A DNA stretch of 25,937 nt. Source: a virus (lineage: Duplodnaviria > Caudoviricetes). The translations under genes and the position numbers were made by a program. Shown one piece after another: positions 9,001 to 17,312 of this stretch. The stretch lies in IMG/VR virus record IMGVR_UViG_3300021197_001451, positions 1 through 25,937 of that record. One strand, 5' to 3'. Numbering within the stretch: the first letter of the stretch is position 1; each line of letters starts with the position of its first letter. Under the pieces are notes generated by a model. It made no database searches. It worked only from the letters and a program-made list of their open reading frames with translations, and was not told where the DNA came from.

Positions 9001-10794
9001 TTAGTCAGTTAGGTGCAAGCAGACAACTAGACCATACATGTCTGGACGAACCATCTTCTTGGCATAGCGAGTCATCACGCCCTTGCGGGGCACGAAGTCT
9101 TCGGTACCAAAGATGGTAGGCGTGACTTGTAGTGGGACGTAAGGAGCATAAACATAGCCACTTTCGAGGAAGCTATTGCCCTTGCGACCAACGAGAACCA
9201 CGTTGCGTGGGAAGTATGGATCTACCATAACGTCCATCTTGCGACTGATGGTTCCAGCCTTGGAAGCACCCCAGTTACCACTGTTAGCTTCAGAATCGCC
9301 AGCAACGTCCGCACGGAACCCGCTGGTGAACTCAAGAATAGCAGCAACCTCTGGTGAGCAAACTACGAAGTTTGCGCCGCCACGGAGGGTCTTACGATGA
9401 ATGAGAGATGAAACATCATTGATATTCTCAAGGAGGGTTTCATACCATTCTGAAACAGTACCTGTGAAGTCAGGGGCAAGACTTGTCGTAATATCTTTGC
9501 CTGTTTCACGATTCAAGAATTGACCTGGGCGACGGCTCCAGTAACGAGTACCAGCAGTTGCGCCGTTGATGAGGTCCTTAAGGATCTCTTGGTCAATTTC
9601 CAAACCAATGTGCTCAGAAAGAACACTTGTAAGCTCGACTTCAGCGTCGAGGTTATGATAAGCATTCAAGTCCTGTGCAAGCTCTGGGCTCCACTTGGCT
9701 TTGAGCTTACGAGTCTGAGCCGTGACAGCCGTGGAATCAATCTTAAGATCGATTTCTGGGATGTTGGCTTCAGCTTCAAAGGGCAATCCGCTGCTAGCAG
9801 CTAGGACTGAACCTGCTTCACTGCCTTGACCAATTTGGTCAACGATAGCAAAGCTAGCTGCTGGAACACGGTTCTCAGCAACACCACGATCCATGCTGTC
9901 AATCTCAATATGAGTGGCAGCAACGTCAACCGCACCTGTAGCACGGGCGACGACGATAAGACCTGTCGAGCCACTAAGTGGGTCAAGCTGGGTCAAACGA
10001 CGGACAGGGGCACCATGATCAAATTGAAGATCAAGTGCTGTGAGGTTGTTTGTATCAAAGTTAGTCAAGTCAGAGACGAGAATCGATGAAATTGTAACAA
10101 CCGACCCTGAAAGATCAGGATCATAGCGGAGGAGCTTGTTGAAGTCCTCTGCGGTGGAACCGTATGCGGAATCGATGAATGCGATGTCCGTAGCTGCAAC
10201 GGTATCACTTGATGCGGTACCGACAGCAATAAGGGCACAATCGACTGATGCGAGTGTTCCTGTAGGTGCTGAGTAGCCACTGTTCAAGTTATAAAGACCA
10301 CGCTCTGCGAGCAATGGCTCGGTTGCACCGTCGCCATCAGCAAGCTGAATGCCTAAGCGAAGGTCTGAACCGACACGACCACCACCATAGATGGATTGGC
10401 CGTCAGCAGCGCCTGCGGCTGCTTTGTTGTCGCCAGTAATGGCGGCACCACGGTCTCCGCTATATACGAAGTCCATGAAGAATATGAGACCACTTGGTAG
10501 ACTCATTGGTTGCACTGAAACTAGGTCCTGTGCAAGTAACCCGCCGAATACACGACGTACGATTGGGAATGCAACTGCGGCAAATCCCTCAACATCTTGG
10601 GCACCCATGCTGCTTGACTCTTTGAGTAGTTGTGCAGCTTGGTTTTCCAACAAACGTGCCATGCCGTTACGGGCTTGTTCGTCTGCTAGGCCTTCTAGAA
10701 GACCAGTCTTTTCCCACTTGGTGAGAAGAGCTTCGCCTTCTGATGCTAAGGAACGTGCTCGAATGCCTTCTGTAAGCTTTTCTATTACGCTCAT
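9001..10794 (-). CDS. gp23: Major capsid protein (T4 gp23-like, HK97 fold)
   Basis: VSVQPMSLPSGLIF, TRKLKAKWSPELAQDLNAYHNLDAEVEL, EIDQEIL, YAPYVPL and GVMTRY motifs; AGGAG SD. Confidence 0.96.
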   Translation of the reverse strand: MSVIEKLTEGIRARSLASEGEALLTKWEKTGLLEGLADEQARNGMARLLENQAAQLLKESSSMGAQDVEGFAAVAFPIVRRVFGGLLAQDLVSVQPMSLPSGLIFFMDFVYSGDRGAAITGDNKAAAGAADGQSIYGGGRVGSDLRLGIQLADGDGATEPLLAERGLYNLNSGYSAPTGTLASVDCALIAVGTASSDTVAATDIAFIDSAYGSTAEDFNKLLRYDPDLSGSVVTISSILVSDLTNFDTNNLTALDLQFDHGAPVRRLTQLDPLSGSTGLIVVARATGAVDVAATHIEIDSMDRGVAENRVPAASFAIVDQIGQGSEAGSVLAASSGLPFEAEANIPEIDLKIDSTAVTAQTRKLKAKWSPELAQDLNAYHNLDAEVELTSVLSEHIGLEIDQEILKDLINGATAGTRYWSRRPGQFLNRETGKDITTSLAPDFTGTVSEWYETLLENINDVSSLIHRKTLRGGANFVVCSPEVAAILEFTSGFRADVAGDSEANSGNWGASKAGTISRKMDVMVDPYFPRNVVLVGRKGNSFLESGYVYAPYVPLQVTPTIFGTEDFVPRKGVMTRYAKKMVRPDMYGLVVCLHLTD

Positions 10795-10817
10795 TTTATT
10801 ATCTCCTAAATAAGTTA

Positions 10818-11831
10818 TTAGTCTCTATTGAGACCTGCTAAAACCGCCCAACGATCTAACGCTGGATTTTGTTTTGGTGACGAAACTTCTTCTCTACGTG
10901 AACTAATAATTGTAGATGACCGTCTTGTAACTGCCTCAGACAATGATTGTGAGGATGGACTTTTACGCCCAGACTCCATCGTCTTTAGAAGGGTCGAATA
11001 GACCGTCTTCGCTTCATCAACCGTTTGCGACTCAGAGATCATATCAGCAATTTTTTGTTTTTGCCGCTCATTCAGGGAGGTATCACTAAGCACCTTGTTA
11101 GTATAAAGCAGACGTGCGTTTGAAAGATTAAGTTTTTGTAATCCATCTCTAGCCTCTGCTAATATATTCTTTAATTTATTAATCGATTCGTTAAGGTCTA
11201 GAATCTTAGCATCTTTTTTAGCTAGCTCTTCCTTAACTTCATCTTGACCGTCTCTAGAGTTATCAGCCAGCTTAACTTCTTCGGCTGCCTCTTCATCGGC
11301 TTCTTGCTCATCTTTTGTAATTTCCTCAAGCGCAAACTCTGGGGCTGCAACTTCGAGGGATTCTTGCTTTACTATATCTCTTAGAGAGGAAAGCAGTTCT
11401 TCTTCATCTAATTCTAATTCTTCTTCGAGTTCTTCTGCTTCCTCGTCCTTCCTGTTCGCAGGGGCAGGCTCAGCAGAAACCTCTTCTTCGTCCGCTAGTT
11501 CTGGTATACCAACATCAAGATCTTCTCTATCAACCATATCATCTGCGTCTGATGTTTCCATCTCCGCTTGGGCTATCAATTGATCCAATGGGATTTCTAT
11601 CATTGCATCGTCATCTGTCATGTGTGACATCTCCACGTCTGCGAACTCTTCCTCTGTTTCATCTGTAGCACCCATTTCAAAGCCCATATCTTCTGGTTCT
11701 TCTAAAATCTGTTGTACAGCAGTCCTGACTTCATCAGAGTACTTCTCTACTATTTCTTGCTGTGCGCTTTTAAGGGCAGCTTCTCTTAGCTGCTCCGCAT
11801 CAACAATAGCTTGTTCTAGCATGTTTGACAT
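10818..11831 (-). CDS. Prohead core / scaffolding protein
   Basis: Very acidic with a coiled-coil C-terminal half (LNLSNARLLYTNK), ending RWAVLAGL; directly upstream of the MCP. Confidence 0.75.
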   Translation of the reverse strand: MSNMLEQAIVDAEQLREAALKSAQQEIVEKYSDEVRTAVQQILEEPEDMGFEMGATDETEEEFADVEMSHMTDDDAMIEIPLDQLIAQAEMETSDADDMVDREDLDVGIPELADEEEVSAEPAPANRKDEEAEELEEELELDEEELLSSLRDIVKQESLEVAAPEFALEEITKDEQEADEEAAEEVKLADNSRDGQDEVKEELAKKDAKILDLNESINKLKNILAEARDGLQKLNLSNARLLYTNKVLSDTSLNERQKQKIADMISESQTVDEAKTVYSTLLKTMESGRKSPSSQSLSEAVTRRSSTIISSRREEVSSPKQNPALDRWAVLAGLNRD

Positions 11832-11878
11832 ATATTTACTCCATTAAACGATTTGACATGACGAAAGCACATCAATAA

Positions 11879-11886
11879 TAAATAGT
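11879..11886 (-). promoter_or_regulatory. Putative late promoter motif ACTATTTA upstream of scaffold-MCP operon
   Basis: Intergenic copy of the shared motif, about 48 nt before ATG 11831. Confidence 0.6.
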
Positions 11887-11918
11887 TGCTAAATCAGTAA
11901 ACGCTATTTTTATATGTT

Positions 11919-12323
11919 TTATGGAGTGTTGATACCTGATCCCGTGAGATTAAACATCATCGCTGGTTCAATACCTGTAAGTGATGATGCCATCTGGAAT
12001 CCTGTCTGACCGCCAGCCGCAAGAAAGTGTATTGCTTTGCACTTTACATCTAGACTGATAGAACCACTAGGTCCACCCTGCAATGCGCCAGCGCCATAGA
12101 TCTCAAGAAAAGTTCCAAAAGCTAAAGTTTCGGTCCCATGGGTATCGAAGGCTACTCGGACTGGATTGGCACCTGTCACGAATACTTGAATGTTTCTAGT
12201 CACCGAGGGGAAGTTTACTGTCAGCACGTCGCCCTGATTCATTAACGATCTGGTCAAGTGTGGTAACCCTGATACCTGATATGATCCTACATTACCTATG
12301 CCTGGTCTTCTTTGGTCAGCCAT
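11919..12323 (-). CDS. Hypothetical beta-rich protein, possibly a virion component
   Basis: Gly-rich, beta-strand-patterned 134 aa protein (GNVGSYQVSG...NLTGSG) within the head module; TAATG-coupled to bS21. Confidence 0.7.
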   Translation of the reverse strand: MADQRRPGIGNVGSYQVSGLPHLTRSLMNQGDVLTVNFPSVTRNIQVFVTGANPVRVAFDTHGTETLAFGTFLEIYGAGALQGGPSGSISLDVKCKAIHFLAAGGQTGFQMASSLTGIEPAMMFNLTGSGINTP

Positions 12324-12616
12324 TAGTTCTTCCTCCTGCGTCGTACTTCATAAGTATTCCCCTTGGGGTTAAAAAGCTCGTCTCTTTTGCGATTTATTTT
12401 TTCTACGATCCTTCTTTTGGCTCGTTTACGTTCGGCAGTCTTAACACTGTTAGGCGTGAATTGCTTACGGTCTCGAACCTCATCGATGATCCCTTCTTTA
12501 CGGACTTTCTTATTGAACTTCCGAACCATTGAATCAATACTCTTAACACCATGATCTGTTATAGATACTTCTATTCTTCCACTTATTTTACGTGGGCTTC
12601 TGCGTCGTTGTCTCAT
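12323..12616 (-). CDS. rpsU: Phage-encoded ribosomal protein bS21
   Basis: Highly basic. SIDSMVRKFNKKVRKEGIIDEVRDRKQFTPNSVKTAERKRAKRR matches the bS21 pattern (IExALRRFK+xxxKxGILxExRxRxxYxKPSxxR++KxxA). Confidence 0.85.
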   Translation of the reverse strand: MRQRRRSPRKISGRIEVSITDHGVKSIDSMVRKFNKKVRKEGIIDEVRDRKQFTPNSVKTAERKRAKRRIVEKINRKRDELFNPKGNTYEVRRRRKN

Positions 12617-12988
12617 TTATCTACCTTTCTCTAATTTAGATAATACATTGCCCCACTGGGACATGCCTGGTATATTATTGATATCCAGGCCTGCTTCGCC
12701 CTCTGGGTTTTGGTTTTCACTTAATGGTTGTGTGTCTGCAAAGAATGGCATCTCTTTAAGCTTGCGCTCGACCTCTGTGGGCTGACGCTCAGGCTTTGGA
12801 CCTATCTCTCGCATGATACGCTCTCTAATTTTTGGATCTTTCTGCCTAGGGCTCACATGTTCAACAATAGGAGCAGCATGTGTCATGCCTTGGGCTACTT
12901 CAGCCACAATTTTAGTGAGAGCGCCCTCTTCAAAGACCACTTCTCTTACACATTCCTTAATAAGCTCTTTTAATTGCGACTTTTTCAT
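12617..12988 (-). CDS. Hypothetical protein with N-terminal amphipathic LKELIKECVREV motif
   Basis: ATGA overlap with the protease gene; head-module position. Confidence 0.8.
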   Translation of the reverse strand: MKKSQLKELIKECVREVVFEEGALTKIVAEVAQGMTHAAPIVEHVSPRQKDPKIRERIMREIGPKPERQPTEVERKLKEMPFFADTQPLSENQNPEGEAGLDINNIPGMSQWGNVLSKLEKGR

Positions 12989-13581
12989 TCATCCCCCAAA
13001 ATATCGTTCAATGCTCTATTAATTCTGTCTGCTTTGGTTATATTTGAGTTAATTTTACCCTCTGCTACCATATAAGCACCACTTGTGCTTGGTTCCGACA
13101 CTAAATCAAAACAAAGAAGCTGAAAATCGTCTTCTACCATCGTATATTTACCTTCTTGGCGAGTTGAGCCAAGACCTCTGCTTGAAATCCCCAAACAAAC
13201 GCCGCCTGTGACCAATTGCTTGGCAATTTGGCCTGCGGGGGTGTCTAAAATCTTTACTTTACCCATTACATCGTCGCCATCCCACCAAATTTCAGTAACA
13301 AGGTGGCTAACATTCTTAAGTTCCACTATTGAGTGGTCTGGGTGGTCTAACTCGCCTGTTGCTCGACGCTCACGGACCAGTTTTTCATAGTTTTTCATCT
13401 CTCTTTTCAGGAGAGCCTCGGAATAAACCCTCATGTTTCCGTTTGGCTTGTTAGCAGATTGAATTTTACCTGCCAAGATAAGGTGAGTGCCGTTTTTATT
13501 GCCCTCACGTTCTTCTTCAGTGAGTAGATCACCACTGTAATCCAGGTTCATAAACTCTTGTAAGACGTATTTCTTTGTCAT
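12985..13581 (-). CDS. gp21: Prohead protease (T4 gp21-like)
   Basis: NGNMRVYS, GELDHP (catalytic His), LGISSRGLGS (catalytic Ser) and FDLVSEPST motifs; AAGGAG SD. Confidence 0.95.
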   Translation of the reverse strand: MTKKYVLQEFMNLDYSGDLLTEEEREGNKNGTHLILAGKIQSANKPNGNMRVYSEALLKREMKNYEKLVRERRATGELDHPDHSIVELKNVSHLVTEIWWDGDDVMGKVKILDTPAGQIAKQLVTGGVCLGISSRGLGSTRQEGKYTMVEDDFQLLCFDLVSEPSTSGAYMVAEGKINSNITKADRINRALNDILGDE

Positions 13582-13591
13582 CGTTTTCTCC

Positions 13592-13696
13592 TTAAAGTGC
13601 GGGCGTTACCCGCACGGTACAACTACCCCTGCAACAATTGGTTACTGGTCTTAACATCCATTTTTGCGTCCACGTCCCTTTTCGTTCGGTGTTCAT
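13592..13696 (-). CDS. Hidden 34-aa Cys/Trp-rich peptide MNTERKGTWTQKWMLRPVTNCCRGSCTVRVTPAL
   Basis: GGAGG 8 nt before ATG 13696. It overlaps the 3' end of the 114-aa ORF in another frame, and its TAA is fused to the protease SD (TAAGGAG). Confidence 0.5.
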   Translation of the reverse strand: MNTERKGTWTQKWMLRPVTNCCRGSCTVRVTPAL

Positions 13697-13967
13697 ATTG
13701 AAATCCTCCATCTGATATCAGCATACACAACGCATACGAGGTTCCAGAAGATAAGCACCCCAAAAGAAATGCATTTACTGCTGTTACATCAAATGTAAAT
13801 AGTTCTGTGAATCCGTTTATACTAACTAAGAGGGCTCCTACCCAGAAGCCAATACACATTGGACAGTGAAAAAAATGATGTTTGGGTCGAAGAGTCGTTA
13901 AGATTGTCGAATAAACTAATATCTGTGTAAGCCCGTAGGCGACCAAAATAAAATATAAAAGCTGCAA
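13623..13967 (-). CDS. Small membrane protein with CPMCxGFW motif (DUF1360-like)
   Basis: Three hydrophobic segments and HCPMCIGFWVG; TTG start preceded by GGGGAG. Confidence 0.7.
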   Translation of the reverse strand: MQLLYFILVAYGLTQILVYSTILTTLRPKHHFFHCPMCIGFWVGALLVSINGFTELFTFDVTAVNAFLLGCLSSGTSYALCMLISDGGFQYEHRTKRDVDAKMDVKTSNQLLQG

Positions 13968-13975
13968 CGCTCCCC

Positions 13976-14569
13976 CTAATAGATGTAGCCGTAGCCAGCG
14001 TATGAATAGTAAGGTGTTTGAACATCATGTTTGCGCCGCTCTTCTTCAGGGTCGATCTCACCTGCGTCAGTGCTATCTTCATCAGTTGGGTTTACAAACC
14101 TGTCTTCAACAGCCTCTTCATATTCTTTCGCCAACTGGTTTTCCACACGATATTCTTTCATGTATCTTTCTGTTTCAAATAAAACTACTTGCACAGGGCT
14201 GACCTTTTCGCTTTCGCTTATTCTAGACTGGAGAGTTCCATATACCATTCCGCCTTCAATAGAGTTTGCTATTAAGGCTCCACGGCGCATGAGGGCGTCA
14301 AGGAAACTTTTCTGGTGCTGATATACACCTTCGCCCATACCCATCTTAGGAATGGTAACAATCCTGTTTTTTTCAGGTACTAAGAATATATCAAAGTAAT
14401 CATGATCTTTTATAACAAAACTACCGTCAACATTTTTTGACATCTTCAAGGATATCACAGCATCGGGCTCTGCGGGTGCTGTAGGATTATAAGAGACCTT
14501 TACTTCTGGCTCTTCTTTTACAGTCCCCTGATCTACTGAGGATGGCGTTACTTTAACTTTAATCGTCAT
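13976..14569 (-). CDS. Hypothetical protein, acidic C-terminus ending in a Tyr-rich tail
   Basis: ORF in track. Start re-called to ATG 14569 (MTIKVKV), which overlaps the upstream stop. Confidence 0.75.
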   Translation of the reverse strand: MTIKVKVTPSSVDQGTVKEEPEVKVSYNPTAPAEPDAVISLKMSKNVDGSFVIKDHDYFDIFLVPEKNRIVTIPKMGMGEGVYQHQKSFLDALMRRGALIANSIEGGMVYGTLQSRISESEKVSPVQVVLFETERYMKEYRVENQLAKEYEEAVEDRFVNPTDEDSTDAGEIDPEEERRKHDVQTPYYSYAGYGYIY

Positions 14570-15386
14570 TTTCGCATTCACTCGCCAGCTTCTGTAGCTT
14601 CATCAGCTTCATGAGATATTTATCATTTATCTCTAGTTCTCTCATCTCTTCTATGAGCGTAAGGACTCGCTTTGTGCCAGACATCATATCGCTATCCTGA
14701 GCCACCTCTTCCGTAGTAAGAGAGTTCTCAACGATTTGCTTTATGCGATGTAGTTCTTCATTGATAAAATATTTAAAGGTTGTCTGACCGTCGTTGACAG
14801 AGGTTACATAAAGTTGTAGCAAATTCCTCTGTTCATTTAATAAATCATCGTACTGCTGATTGAAATTCTTTACGAATGTTTTGACGACTAATGAATCGAT
14901 GTGCTTGAGTCCTTCATTTGACTCCACCATAAGATCCTTAGTAAGGTTACTCACCAACGTTGACTCCATAAGAACACGCTCTTTAGTTGGCGTCTTGACG
15001 CTAAACACTCTTGCTATCGTAGATAAATCCTTATAGTTGGGTACAAAGTTATTAAAAACGTCCTTAGATATGTTCTTGTTTATTCTAGACACTAAAGCGT
15101 TCTTTTCTTTTATTAGTTTAGCATTGTCGATATTTGTTCGATCTCGCTTTACCTCAAACACCAGCTTCTCAGCAGTTGGCTTGTCAAATGACTCGCTGCT
15201 AGCTAACGCTTTGTAGCAATCTAATTCTTTTCTTAATTCTGTTCCAGGAGCAAAAGATTCCTTTATTGTATTCACAACCTTGTTTCTTTTGGGCTCATCC
15301 TTAGCTAATATAGCTTTTGTGGCTTCACGGATCAAAGCCTCAAATACAAACCCTGTATTTCTTTTCTTATTGATTTTCGTCGCCAT
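14559..15386 (-). CDS. Hypothetical helical protein of the head module (275 aa)
   Basis: NKKRNTGFVFEALIRE N-terminus; directly follows and overlaps the portal gene. Confidence 0.8.
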   Translation of the reverse strand: MATKINKKRNTGFVFEALIREATKAILAKDEPKRNKVVNTIKESFAPGTELRKELDCYKALASSESFDKPTAEKLVFEVKRDRTNIDNAKLIKEKNALVSRINKNISKDVFNNFVPNYKDLSTIARVFSVKTPTKERVLMESTLVSNLTKDLMVESNEGLKHIDSLVVKTFVKNFNQQYDDLLNEQRNLLQLYVTSVNDGQTTFKYFINEELHRIKQIVENSLTTEEVAQDSDMMSGTKRVLTLIEEMRELEINDKYLMKLMKLQKLASECENDD

Positions 15387-17310
15387 CTTTGATCTCCAAC
15401 TGTTTTATTAAACGATCTATCTCAAAGGTCGTCTTTTTACTTTCAGTTAATAACGCCTCATCTTTATTTAGTCTCTCGGTTCTCTCAGTTACCCCGATGC
15501 CCAAAGTACTTAAGCCTTGTGCCCCTGGAAAGTTAGTTCTTTTGGTATTTGTTTCTTTACCACGGGCCTTTGCTTTGATTGATCTGGTACGAGGTCCGCT
15601 ATTTGATCTTCTATCTTTGCCAGCATTTTTAACAGGGTGATAAACTTTGCCTTTAGCTCCTGGGGTTAAGTAGCCATCGTCTCTCATGCCTGGTTCTGAA
15701 AGAAGATCACCAGTTTCTGGCTCTTCTTCTGCTGCATCGTCACCCGTATCAGCGTCATCACCGCCAAGGTCACCTCCGAGGTCTCCGCCGCCTAGGTCGT
15801 CGCCTCCACCGAGATCACCAACTTCTCCTGCCGTGCCACCTACGGCTGCTTCGTATTCTCCTACAGCAAGCTCTGCTGCTTTCTCAACGATAGCTTTTTG
15901 TTTGGCATCTTGAAATTGCTCTTCTTGGACTCTGCCAATTTCATAATCATCTAGCTTGAAGATATTCTTATACACCCAGCGTCTAGAAAAATAACTTTCT
16001 GTAGCATTGCCTGCAATATCAAACTTAGTTCTCATATGCTCTAGTTCTTGCAACTCAGCGATTCTAGATGGGTTATTGAGGAACAACTTAAAGGATGTTA
16101 GATCCTCGCCTCGATACCCAAGTGTGTAGAGGTGAACCACAATCATCTTCTCTAGCTCAGAGACGATTACTCGTTGAAGCCTTTGGATGGTTCTAGCAAA
16201 TCGGATATCCTTCTGAGCTAGCGTAGTCTTGTCTTCCATGCTATCCGACTGGGCTAAATAAGCTTTTGGGATCTTCAGTGCGGAAAACAGCTTGTCTCTA
16301 AGATATTGAACATCTTCAATAGCACTAGTAAATTGCCCGCCTGGTAGTGTCTCAATCCTTGACGACTGACCCCCACGACTTGGAATATAATAATCTTCAT
16401 CAATGCTCATGGCGTTATAGCGTAAATCTACTCGACCTGTATCCTCATCAACAATCTGTGCTCGCTTCATTTGTGTCTTGACAGACTCTATATATTGTTC
16501 TACTTCGTTGGGCGGCATATTGCCAATGTCAATATAGAAAACTCGACGCTCGGGTGAGCGCACAACACGATAGGCAATCATCGCATCTTCAAGTAAGCTA
16601 AGCTGTCTCCATATTCGGCGGGCTGGTTCTAGGACAGAGGTGCCGTAGGGTACGTATTTATCGTTACCTAGAACACGGAAATGGGCGACCTGCCAATTCT
16701 CAAAGGTTACACCTTCTTGACCGCCAGGCCAGAAGTACTGAACATAATTGGGATTAGTTGGATCTGTTCCCTCAATGCGCTCCAGTTCTTTAACTGGTAG
16801 CGGTATGACATTTGTAATACCTATCTGATCATCGATATCTAGGTAAAGGTAATAATCACCGTACTTGCATAGATTACGAGCCCAGCCAAACATATTGAAT
16901 TCTATGTTGAGGACATTATACAATAACGTGTTAATAATCATCTTTATTTCTTCGTTCATGCAATCTACTTGAACGATTGGAGAAATATCCGACGAGGTAC
17001 TTATTTCATCAGCATATACATCTAAAGTTGATGCAATCTCTGGAGTATATTCCATCTGCTCAAAATCGTTATACCTAAAGTCTCGCTGTTGAGAATTGAG
17101 TACTTTACTATAGATGCCGTCAAAAGGATTGTAATATTCCTTTTTCTTAAACTCTCTACCTGTTGATGTGGTAAAAGTGTATTTTTCATAATTCGGCGCA
17201 CGGTTTTTCTTAACTTGTCCAGTTCTGTACGTCACGATTGGACCACTAAAAAGTCGAGTCAAACGTTTAAAGAGCGGCGATTGCCTATTTCTTGGGTTAT
17301 TTTCAGCCAT
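15367..17310 (-). CDS. gp20: Portal protein (T4 gp20-like) with long low-complexity C-terminal extension
   Basis: MEYTPEIASTLDVYADE, EDAMIAYRVVRSPERRVFYIDIGNMP, EDYYIP, IETLPGG, LFSALKIPK and DIRFARTIQRLQ motifs. Confidence 0.95.
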   Translation of the reverse strand: MAENNPRNRQSPLFKRLTRLFSGPIVTYRTGQVKKNRAPNYEKYTFTTSTGREFKKKEYYNPFDGIYSKVLNSQQRDFRYNDFEQMEYTPEIASTLDVYADEISTSSDISPIVQVDCMNEEIKMIINTLLYNVLNIEFNMFGWARNLCKYGDYYLYLDIDDQIGITNVIPLPVKELERIEGTDPTNPNYVQYFWPGGQEGVTFENWQVAHFRVLGNDKYVPYGTSVLEPARRIWRQLSLLEDAMIAYRVVRSPERRVFYIDIGNMPPNEVEQYIESVKTQMKRAQIVDEDTGRVDLRYNAMSIDEDYYIPSRGGQSSRIETLPGGQFTSAIEDVQYLRDKLFSALKIPKAYLAQSDSMEDKTTLAQKDIRFARTIQRLQRVIVSELEKMIVVHLYTLGYRGEDLTSFKLFLNNPSRIAELQELEHMRTKFDIAGNATESYFSRRWVYKNIFKLDDYEIGRVQEEQFQDAKQKAIVEKAAELAVGEYEAAVGGTAGEVGDLGGGDDLGGGDLGGDLGGDDADTGDDAAEEEPETGDLLSEPGMRDDGYLTPGAKGKVYHPVKNAGKDRRSNSGPRTRSIKAKARGKETNTKRTNFPGAQGLSTLGIGVTERTERLNKDEALLTESKKTTFEIDRLIKQLEIKDGDENQ

Positions 17311-17312
17311 GT

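Noticed and set aside
10807-10815. CTTATTTA upstream of MCP as another late promoter
   Set aside because: It is an imperfect match abutting the AGGAG SD, which leaves no room for a leader, so the MCP is more likely co-transcribed with the scaffold.
13594-13615. GC hairpin before the protease as an intrinsic terminator
   Set aside because: Only three U residues follow and it is mid-operon. It is kept as a possible translational element instead.
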